Positions 48,901-60,900 of a stretch of 64,000 nucleotides of DNA are shown here, in pieces. The stretch is taken from positions 11,718,001 through 11,782,000 of the forward strand of contig OZ176053.1 in the NCBI GenBank assembly GCA_964247055.1, written 5' to 3'. A program made the position numbers and the translations under genes. Positions within the stretch are counted from its first letter, which is position 1. Each line of letters begins with the position of its first letter. The DNA is from Paragordius varius. Its lineage: Eukaryota > Animalia > Nematomorpha. The notes beneath the pieces were generated by a model. That model ran no database searches. It saw nothing but the letters and a program-made list of their open reading frames with translations, and was not told the origin of the DNA.

Positions 48901-51900
48901 TTTTTAAATATATTAGTCAAAATGGTTTTTAGTTAAAGCATTACAATTTCTTGTTGAATGCAAAAATTCACAATATACAGTCAAACTTATTTGGGAGTTA
49001 ATTTTATGTTTTTTCCTCTGCACGTAAATGCTAACGGGGAGTATATTTTCCAGAAATACTCTAAAAATAAAAACAATATTTTTATTTAATTTTAATCATA
49101 TAATATTTTAATGTAAATTTATAAACATTTTTATTTAAAGATAATTACATAATTTTTATTTAAGAACTAACATCATATGTAGGATAAGGAATTTTAATAT
49201 TAATAGATTTAATTATTTCGATCAGATCTTGAACATTGCACCAGTGGAATATTTTTAATATCCATTTTTTTCAGAACCTTATTCACTTTTTCTGGGCCTT
49301 TCTTTATGTAGAACCGGTCTATATTTCTAAAATTTGGAAATAAATGAATGTTTATAAAATTAAAAATTTAAAATAATTAGTGAGATGTAGGATGATACTT
49401 TATTAATTATCTAAATCTCTGACATTAATTTTTTCTCCTTTGATTTATATGATATCAGCTGATTTTGGTTTAATTATACCAATCTAACAATTAATAAAAA
49501 ATATCTTTAAACACATTAACCAGTCTGTCTGCTTATAATTACAGTTATTTCAGTTGAATAACTCCTTATTTTATACAATTAAAAAGTTATCTACAAACTA
49601 TGTTAAAAACAAAATGATATTTAACCAAATTGCTTCAAATAATACTATTTTTAGGTTTATCACCATTTACTTTTCTCTTTATGACACGTTACAATAGACA
49701 CTTGTTACAAAAGATTATTATATCAGTTTTATAAACGGGCACAGTCAAAAGCATCACGTTCATAACCTATCAGACCCCGTTTTATAAATTTAAGTAAATA
49801 AACTTACCTAACCTTTACATAGCTATTAAAAAAGGTGTAAATTAATGTTAAATTTAATGATTACTATTATTAAAGGATGTGTTTTATTGATTTTACTTAT
49901 GTTTATTGAATGAAAATATAATTTTTATCGTTTTCGAAAAAAAGAAAACAATAAAATGATGAGATCCCCTTGAGATATATTTATATTGTTCTTTTTTAAT
50001 GTATACAAACAATGTTTAGATAAAACATGGTTTTTCATGTATAAAAAACCTGTTAAAAATAAAGCTATGTTATAAAATTTTATACATATTATATTACATA
50101 ACACAAATTGTAAAAAAATATTTTTTAAATTCGGACTTTTTCTATTTATTACCTAATTTATTGTAGAAAAATAATTTTTTTATAATTCTACCGAAAAATT
50201 ATTAAATTTTACAATACAAAACAATGTAAACATTAAATGTTTAAATTTACATATGTATATATATAATGTTTTTTTACCTGTAATGTTTTATTAAATATAA
50301 AGTAAATGTATAGTTAATTTTGAAATCATAGTAAATATATATTTTTTTGCAACGAGAAAATGCACGAAATTATAATTAACTATTTTTATTTATCAAAAAA
50401 AAATTATTATAAAATATGAAATAATTAATCTATTTGAACGATCCTAATCCCAAAATATGCGGTAATAAGTATACCGTTCCAACGCAAAATTTGACATATC
50501 TATGTGACATTTTCCGTGACAATATCATATCAATTATATTCGTATATCCTAATAAAAAAACTATACATAATAACCTAACCAAATATTTTTATGTTATCAA
50601 AAATACCAATTGATATTCTATTCTAAAATGAGAAAATTAATTTACAATACCTATTATTATTACTATAAAAAATAGCCAACAGTCTATTCTTAGTAATTTA
50701 AGGTATATTTTAATAATAATTTTTTGTTTGTGAACCTGTTACAATTGATGTTTAATGGTTATTTTACATGCAAAATGTTTAACACTTCGATTCAAATTGC
50801 GGTATCTAAATAGCCCAGACAATATTTAAGTTGAAATTCTCAAAAAACTACTAAAAGAAACGGTCCCAATTTAAGTTTATGCTTCTATCCCAATAAAAAT
50901 GATATAAAAAAGCCAAAATATCTAAATAAAACTTGGTTTTGTAAAAAAAGTTACATATCAAACTATTACGGACGCCATTTTTGTTTTACAACATTTTGCA
51001 AAATATCGGGTTTTGATTTCAAAGCTAAAATGAAAGTTAATTTTCATTTAAATCACATCTAACATTGTAAAAACAGAAAAAAGGTTTATTTTCTATTTTT
51101 AAATTTAGCTAATGCACCCATGTCATGTTGACTAAATTTTTACATCGCGGTTTTACCTTAAATAAGTAATATCAAGTATTTTTGATGGAACTTTTTTATA
51201 TATTTTGGTTCATCAATTTAATATAAGTGCAATTTTTTGCCATGTTCAATTCATTCCATATTTTTTGAATTATTTAATTTTAATCAGGCCTGGGGTATGC
51301 AACTATCCCAATTTGAATCGAAGGACTGAAATAAATGTTTTGTATCCAAGTGTTAAGCTGGACCTTAACATAAATAATAAATATTTAACTTGATTGAATT
51401 ATATATATATAATTTAAAAATTTTAGTCAATGAAAAGCGATAAAATAATATTTGTATTGGATATTGAGTTTTAAGGGTGTTTAAATTGTTATATCGTTTA
51501 GGGGTTAAAAATATGATCACCGTAACAGTTGAATGTGAGTTTACACCTTATCCCAGTAAAATTTTGATGGTGGAAACGAATTATATTTAGCATGCTCTAA
51601 TGCGAGCAATTATCAAGGATTTTAGTGATCGCTATAACGATTATTGATACTTCAAATTGTCTGTCATCATATTCAAAAATATTTTTATATTTTAAATATA
51701 ACTTAGTAATTTCTGCCTTTTATAAAATCTAAACGGTAGGATTTTCAACGATCATGAAGATATCTATTATATAAAACTATAATTTGTTATTGATTGAGTA
51801 ACTAAAGCCTCAGTGCAATTTAATTACAGTGGTGAGTTTTTCTATAAGGGAGGAAAAAGAACTGCTCAAATTAATAACACATTTTGATTATTATTTCGCA

Positions 51901-54900
51901 TTTTATTACTAAAGGAGGGATCGCCTCTTAGAAATTTAAAACAATCAACCATTTAATTAGCCATCATATCATATATTTTAATTGATTCAATATTTCTGGT
52001 TTGCATAAATTTTTACTTTTTTATTTATAAAGAATAAAAAAATTAAAATATTGATTTTTCTGATTTGACCATTAAAAAAATTAATCACCCTAAGTAATTT
52101 CTATTAATTTAAATTTTATTTTTTAAAATATTATTTTGCCATTTGTATCGTATTTCATAATTTGGTTATCATTTTTTGACAAGGTTAATAAGTTGACTAT
52201 TAACTCATCTTCTTTCGTATACAGTTAGAGTACAATAACCTTATACTATTATAGTTTAATGGTTTGTTAGAATAAATATTTTTACACGCTTTTGATAATT
52301 TTTCAAATATAAATTTTTCTCCCACAATTTAGATAATGAAAATACGATTCCATCCTTCGAATCTACATCAAACAAGCACCAACAAAATATTTACAGCATA
52401 TCTAATAAATTAACTAACATTCATCATCGCATCGATTATAACCAATCTAAGAGTAAATACAACAATAAAAATCTAAAGGAAGATTCAAATAACCCACGGT
52501 CTTCTACTACCCCTTCTCCTTCATTATCGTCGTTATTGTCACATGAGTATGAGACAGATGGAACTCAAACTTTTCGACCAATCAAAACTGGGACCAAATT
52601 ATTTCAAAATAAAACAACTAGTGTTGTAAACAATAACTCAGTTTCTAATACCAAAAATCATCAAACCCATTTGAATATAGATTTAACCCAAAGAGACAAT
52701 AATAAAAATTTTAAAAAATTCGCATCGGCCGATGAACAAACTTTTTATTCTAATCAAGAAAAGTTTCCGAATTCCATAAACAGTCATCAAAGTTATAACT
52801 GTACCACTACAACTGATACGACTACTGATTACACAACAAGAACTAAAACAAACGCCAAACCATACAAAAGTAGTTGTAATATTTCAATGAATCTAGGCCG
52901 GGTCAAAGAAGTCGATATAATACAACAAAAAACCCCAATCCAATATACAAATGGTAACACAGGAGGGCGTACCCGAAAAAAACGTTTCAACAACAACAAT
53001 AATATTCTTAATGGAGCAACCAATTTCCATCCCACTTGCAATATTGATAGATTTGACCCGCGATATCTGCGCGGTTTAACAGTCAAAGGGACAGAATCCT
53101 CATCGTCACGCACTTACGAAGTTTATCATGAACGAACTGATACCACACGTATTCAACCGCTAACAAACTATGATTCAACGACGGATAATACGCTAAGTCC
53201 AAAACTTACATCCTCAAAAACTAAAACAACAAATTATTTAAAGAGGTAAATGAAATTTAATAGCATACGAATTCGGTGTATTGTTCAAATGCTTCTGCTT
53301 AACATTTAAAATTTCAATATATCTATTATGATTAAGATCGTGCGCATATGAACCTTAAATTTAAACAAATGTACTGTGCTGACTAGGAATTTGGATTTTT
53401 TTTTCATAGATTTTAACGTTTTATAATTTTAATTTGTTTTTGTATAAAAATATTTCTGCTTTATATTTATTTGCATATTGAAATAATTTAATTTCTATAA
53501 TAATTCCTAAAGCATGAGATATTGATACTTACATTTATAATAAAAACTTATAATTTATAATGAATGACCGTTTAATCACACGTCTAAATTCAGATTGAAT
53601 ATTATTTTTAGTTTAATCATTTAAGGTAACATTGGGTCAGACTGAATCCCAATGAGATAAAATTATTATCACCAAGCTTATCTCTTAAGCTAAAACTCAT
53701 TTTGATCTGACTTAGAAATTAAATAAATAATAAATAAACCATACAAAACTCTTTATAATTTTTTTTTTATAACATGACCAAAATTTAAACCAGGAGTGCT
53801 TAACACAATGGCTTTGAATGCCTTATTTTTAACTGGAATAATCTGCCAGGCGCATTTTAACAAGTATCAGCATATGGACAATTAAAAATTTTTTCTAATA
53901 TGTTAATTTAATGTAGATTTACGATCATTTACTATTTTTTTATCTATGCTATTATTCCGTTGCCACATTTTAGATAATATTTATCTAGTTCAGATTAAAA
54001 GATGTTAAAAAATTACATGGGTAAATCAAATAATAATTACAATGCCAAAACGATAGTATACATAAATACTTAAAAATAATATTATGATATTTTGTCAAAT
54101 AGTTTTGTCTAAAATTTTAAATTTTTTATTTTTTAAAATTATACAATTGTGTTTAAATTTTTTGGCATCGTAAAGCACTGACTCATGTTGGACATCCCTG
54201 TTATAAATAATTACGGACTAAAAGCTTTAACTAACTGAATATTTAATAATTCTATTATTTAAAAAATATAAAAAATTATTTGAATGTTAAATTGTTTTTT
54301 TTTAAGACCGTCTCACATTTAAAAAATTATTTCAAATAATTCAAAAAACGAAAGTCAGATTAACATTTAATTATTTTTTATGATGATTTTTTTACTCCAA
54401 ATATATATAAAATTTTGTTTTCCATCTACGTCTACGATATATACTAAAAATATGCAAGCTATGGCCTTTTGGGCCTAGAAAAATTTTAAAAATATCATCT
54501 CCAGTTTGCCGTGAAATATTTTAATTTTTTGTTAATTCGGGTAGTATAAAAAACTTATTATCATCCAAGTTAAAATTAATTAATAAATTGTTTTTTGACA
54601 GCTAATTTTTATTATTTCTTGATTTTCAAATCAGCTGATTATTTTAATCAGTTTCATTGGATATTTTAGCATCCAAGACACCCAATTATCTTTATATAAT
54701 AAATTTTTATATTATATCATTCTATAACTAACTGGTAATGACTATTTAAATTATAAATCCGGTTAAAACTCTAAAAAATTTATTATAATTGTCTTGATTA
54801 GACATGATGAAAAAATCGCATATTTATTTCACATTAGGTCAGATAAAATATACAATTCTATTTCTAAATAAAAGCAACATTTACTAAATATGTACTATTT

Positions 54901-57900
54901 GGATAACCATAATGTAAAAACTAATGTTAATGATTATACATTAAAAGGTCGTAGAAATTATAAAAATTAATAAAAAGTCGCACTTTGACATGAATAAAAT
55001 AACTTGCTATTAGGAGGCAAAGGACACTTTTTATTTTAATTATAAAATATTTAATTATAATAAGGTTTACCCAATACATCGCAAAAAAAAGATTTAGGTA
55101 TTTGTATATACCAAAAAGAGTCATAAGTCTTTATACCGGTTATTGGTAAAAAAATACTTTTTAAAGTAAGAATTATTAATTTATGCAAAATATTGACCAT
55201 CGGCTTCTACATCACACATCTCTCAGCCATAAAATGTGATTTTTGCAGACCATTTGCAAGCATTTAAACGTCTTTGAAATTATGGCTCTTCTCTGGGAGC
55301 CTGGGTCCCATTGATGCAAAGAGATTATAATAAGATGCCATCAGATCAGGAGAGTGCAACGGATGGGTGTCCCATCGTGGTGTATAAAAGATGCCTCTCA
55401 CTAGTGAGGGAGACGGAGGTAGCCCATACCGGTCGTTTTTTAATTAGTACACGCTTTTTATTCGCATATTGGAGGAGTTTAGTTTTTACTCGGGTTTAGT
55501 TAAAAATACATACTACTGTAGCCCGACATAAATACAGAGCATTGTCTTTTCCTAAGCGATCTGGCTTTTGTCTTAATGAAGTAGCTTGGCAATGTGAACA
55601 CAAATTTTCCCGCTTTAGATTCAAATTAAAGCCACTTTTCACCCGCCACATTTGGTGATTTTTATCACTTAAAGCAGAATTCAACAAGCTTTGCGATTTT
55701 TATTTGAATTATTTAAATTGTTTTGATCAATTAATCGAGTTTATTAGCCTTTTCCATTGATCGCAAATGCCTGCTGATTATTTTATGTGATACATGTAAT
55801 GCTTCTACAAATTATCGCAAGCTTTAGTTGTGACATTATTAAATAACTCTTAAAGTAACCGTCTTCGCAGTTGCGAGGTCAACCAGATCACTCACTCTCT
55901 TCTATTCCAATCACAATTTTAGATCGAGCCCATGATTCACGAATTTAAAATGGAGCATGTTCACCATATGTTTCTAAAAAGCTCTTTTCTCCTGATAACA
56001 TAAAAAAGTAATACGTGACGAAAATGTTCCAGCCACAAAATTTTACATGATTATTGAATGATAAAATATAGCGTTATTGGGAGACCCAGCTTGACTCTAT
56101 TTATTGTTCATGAACAAAATGGCGTCTGTATCGAACTAATCATCTGAGCACCTTTCTGACCTCTTCTCTTAATTAACCGTTAATTAACAAAACCTTGTTT
56201 ACCCAAAAAAGCAAGTTTTCTAAACTGTTATATTCTAGCTTTAATTCTTGAATCTTTCTATAATGCTAACACAGCGCATTTCCATTGTATTTAATTGAAT
56301 TCAGTCTAATGTGCAATAAATGATTTTCGATTTTGGCAAAGTAGACAAATGAATATAATTTATTTTTATAAGCGCATTTATCATTTTGATATTTACCATC
56401 TTGAAATTTTTAGCTAAACGATATATAATTTATTAAGATTATATTATTCACCGTGCTCCAATTTTCACAAGCATGAAAACTTAGGCTCTACATCGAATTT
56501 ATGATATTTAAATTAATAACATGACTGAGGATGCAGAATATATTAAATTATTTTGAGGCAATCAATAAAAACCCCATTGCTAAGATAATATCGGCTAGTA
56601 TTTATTCTAGTAATTATTTAATCTTTAATTTAGAGAAAAGTCCCTATAATATACACTAAATTTCTATGTAATCACGCTTTATTGTTAAAGGGTTTTTTTG
56701 ATTCATGTCGTTTACAAATATTAGGTTATCAGTTGGAATTTTTGTTTGCATGCACCTAAGAGTGAAATTGATCAAAAATCATTTTGGAATAAATTCGTTG
56801 TAAAATACTTGTCGGTATTATTTAAAAAATTTTCTTCATATTTATTTAATATTTCTTAGTAATTATTTTTTGGTAAAGTCTTAAGTATATAGTATTTTTT
56901 TGGCCTATAAATGTGGAACAAAAGTTACTTAAAACGTGTTAATTATATTTACAATATAAAATTAACTAATTTTATCAGACATCATATATATATATATATA
57001 TTATGTTAATGATGCTATATATCTCAAAGAGTATAACTATAAACAACTGTAAGTGTAAATTATATGGTGAATTGGAATTATATTTTTATCATAACTATCC
57101 GTTGAAAACATTCATTATTGCATACAAACCAGGGGTGCCAAACAAATATGGCTTTGCGGGTCGCATTTTAATACTCAAAAAACGGATACAGCATATAAAA
57201 AATAGAGGACCTAGAGTACCATGAAATATATAATATGGTAAAAAATGTGTTACCGAACCATCAAGATGTTTAAGAATTCAAACCATGGGTTGGTCAAATT
57301 GAGACATTAATTAATATTTTTAAAAGGGGAAATGGTTTTATGAGTAGCATTTAATTTTAGAATATTTTTGCAAATATATTTTCATTTTATATAATAATTT
57401 TTAAATTTTCTGCGGATAACTTAGAATATCGTAGAGGGCCACATGTTGGACACCCCTGATTTAAACCATAATTATAATAATTACCTTCATTCGGTTTAAA
57501 TTTGTTTTTATCTTTATATATTTTGATTGTCTGCTATTTAGCTAAAGAATTATCAATGATAATAGAAACCTTACATATTAAGAAATTTTCATGATTTCTA
57601 AGTTTCAGTAAAAGCCGTCTGTCGGTTTCAAGATTTGATAGTCGAGTCGTGATTTTGTTGCTATCCATCAATTACGCATAAAAGGATAATTCAATATTTT
57701 TTTTAAATTTATAGAGATGTTTGTAAACACCTTTTGTTTTTGAGTGTTTTAATTGTTTTTATGTATTAATTTACTATTTTTCACCAAATATGTCGTTATA
57801 TTTAGTAATTTTAGAAATTAATAAATTATTATTATCAGTTTCCACAATAGAATTCTATAATTCATTAAAGATTTGTGGAATTTATTAAAGGTAAATTTGA

Positions 57901-60900
57901 AATAATTATCAATGGTAGGAGTAGCGAGCAGGGTTAATACGTGATTTTTCCTATTTTTTATGTAAGAAATGCGCAGTATAAATTCATTTTAATTGAATTT
58001 TTTCATCTTTTCCATTTAACCCCAATAGTAATGAATTGACGAGAGATATGTGTGTGCATTAGAAAAATTTTGATCTTTTACATGAAAAAATAACATTGTC
58101 AAAGTTTATAACATATTTTTAGTAATATATATATATATATATATATATTGTTTGAATAATTTTTGTAATATTTGTTGTTTTTGTTAAACAAAAAAATATA
58201 TATATTTGATTTCTCTATACCAATTTATTTTTATTTATTTACTATCATATATTGTTTGTGTGGCCAGTAGTGATATAATTTCTTTATTAATCATTAATCA
58301 GTAGTGGACAGTTGTGTTCATCTACAAAATTATATAATATATATATTTTTTTCTCTAAAATATTTTTACATTTATATTTTTCATTTTTACCAATCTACTG
58401 ATTTTATTTGCACATATATATAAATTCCATTGGACATTATTTTTTTTAATTTATTTTTCCATAACTCGATATGGGATGGCGCGATTACCCGAATTATTCT
58501 GTTTTCCAGTTATATTTTTAGCATTTTTTGTATTAATCTCTCAAGTGTACATTATATTTCGCCCTTTCTCGAATGACTTCAAAATATTATAATACATTTT
58601 TCTTTTTTGTTAAAAAAAATAGAGATCGCACAAACGTCGCACCTCAAATAACGTCTGAAAGGATTGAATCATCATATAGATCTTCGTCTAAAGAAAGGCC
58701 CCGTCGTTTGGGTATTTACATTTATTTATATTCAATATTGTTTACTCTTAATTTTTTGCGGTTTTTACCTCTATTACAACAATATATAAAATATTTAATT
58801 TTTATGGTTTTCGGTATCACTATTTTTTTGAAAAAACTAATAATTGGTTTACATTAAACAATACAATACAACATATTGTGTTTCTGCGCTGTTAATATTA
58901 TAAATATTAATATATCACTAACCATCCAACCTTGAAATTGTCGCCGTTTATTTATATTACATTTTTATGCGTAATACATAAAATTCAATATGAGAGAGAC
59001 GAATTTTTATTTATTTAACTATTATCATTAGAAAATATTATCATATAATATTTATTTGATTGAACTTAATGCTTTATTGTAAATATGTATTAAACTATAT
59101 AGATTATAATGATAACAATATAAAGATCCCCTAGCCTTGAATATACTTAAAATTTATGTTTACACCTAAATCAATGAGTTGATGATAAAAATCGATAAAA
59201 AAATCATATAGATGACAAATAAACAAAAAAACCAGAGTGAGCTTAAATATTAGCTGTGGACAGTGGTTATGACCACTGTATTTTGTGCCATTTTAATTAT
59301 AAAATGTTGACGGCGTAAAATAATTTGAAATAATAAATAGATTACCATGAAGCCAACCTTTACCAGCCTCAATATGCGCCAGGGACTATCATTGAAGAAT
59401 ATATGGAACCGTCGTACTATGGCTGTCCGTCTGGACCTGTGTATGGAGGAGGCGGTGGAGGTCATTACGTTACAACAACGTACGAGGAATGCGATGTTGG
59501 AGCCCATGAGGACAGAACAGAACTTCAGGAACGTATTCACGAGGAACAAATTATTGTGAGACCGGGCGGGCGTAGGCCTAGACCTCCCCCCATTAGGGAC
59601 TCAAGTTCACATTCTACTACGAGAGTTAGGGAAACCACCAGACACGAAGAAGATCATGTGTCATCTTACCGATCAACTAAGCCATACTTCAAACAGCACT
59701 TAAAGGTTCATTCTCCAATACAATACCTTTTTTAGATTCAGTGTTTGGCGTATGATTCTAAAACTAATTTTTATTTTCACTATCATAAAAGGATATGAGT
59801 TGCGTCGAAGGACAAGCAATCCAACTTGAGTGTAGAGTTGAACCAAGATCAGATTCTGATTTACGCGTCGATTGGTTTTATAATAATGAACCAGTAATAG
59901 GTGATAAACGTGTGCACACCGTATACGATTATGGATATTCATCCCTTTCAATAACTGAAACAGGACCGGAGGATTCGGGAATATATGTAGCTCGGGCTTC
60001 TAACAGAGAGGGTGACGCTTTCTCAACTGCATCGTTGTATGTAGCACGTAAGCTCGTGATATAATATATTTCTTGGCCAATTGTTTTAAACATACATTTT
60101 TATTTGTAGCGAATTTTTGAAGTAATAATATTACATTCTTTTGTTTTTCTATTTTTAGCACAAACTACAACGAATACTGAAACTCGAACAACCACTACCC
60201 AATTCGATGAAATTGAAATTAATCGTTACCCTTACGATGATTATGAATATGAACCTAGAATACCTCCTGGTAAATTAATTGTTTGAACGAGACTTTATTT
60301 AGCTATGCCGAATTGCAGAACCGGTTCTAAAATTAAAAAAGCCGGTCTTAGCTTTTTATAAGTATATCATTCTTAGATGTGAAATCTGGTGCCTAGCTCT
60401 TTAGATACATTATTTTTGATTAAGTTAATTATCAAACCTTTTTCAATTTTGTTTGACTTTGCACTTTTAACACTTAATTTGGTTAAATGGTATCATATCC
60501 AAATATATTACAATATGTTATGATATAATAGAGAGAATACCTATGCCTAAGCCTGTTCCACAAGAGCCTGTAAGAGAAAGAGATTGGAGAGAACATTATC
60601 CACCGATTGAAAAAGTTCAAGTTCCACCACAACCAGTATTCGAAGAAACTAAGGTAGATGTGAATTGGCGAGAAAAATACCCGCCCTTAAAAAAGGCTCC
60701 ACCCGAACCCGTGGTAGAAAAACCCGTTATCGATGTTAACTGGAGAGATAAATATCCGCCCTTGAAAAAGGCCCAACCCCCTGCACCTGAACCCGTTTCT
60801 CCCATCATAATTCATAAAAGAAGACGTCCGCCCCCACCATTGCCCACGCCAGCTCCGGAAGACTTGGAGCTGCTAAAGGCCCAAGGCAAAGAGAATAGGC

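Noticed and set aside
55496-55687. ORF with CSHC motif first read as the zinc-knuckle region of an R4/NeSL non-LTR retrotransposon
   Set aside because: Neighbouring frames give clear mariner motifs (ETYGEHA, GEKW, HSPDL); the ORF is a frameshifted part of the mariner at 55111-56198.
2480-57224. Many 60-100 codon ORFs rich in Ile, Phe, Tyr, Lys and Asn (for example 4098, 4423, 9807, 23240, 30106, 34571, 36154, 40427, 51205, 54927, 57003)
   Set aside because: Composition is what AT-rich introns, TA microsatellites and MITEs produce by chance; several start at TTG and overlap identified repeats.
13183-60808. Opposite-strand ORFs over real exons (13183, 13328, 14826, 16512, 19260, 21301, 44906, 46104, 52829, 59250, 59700, 60617)
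   Set aside because: Shadow ORFs of coding exons on the other strand; no independent signals.
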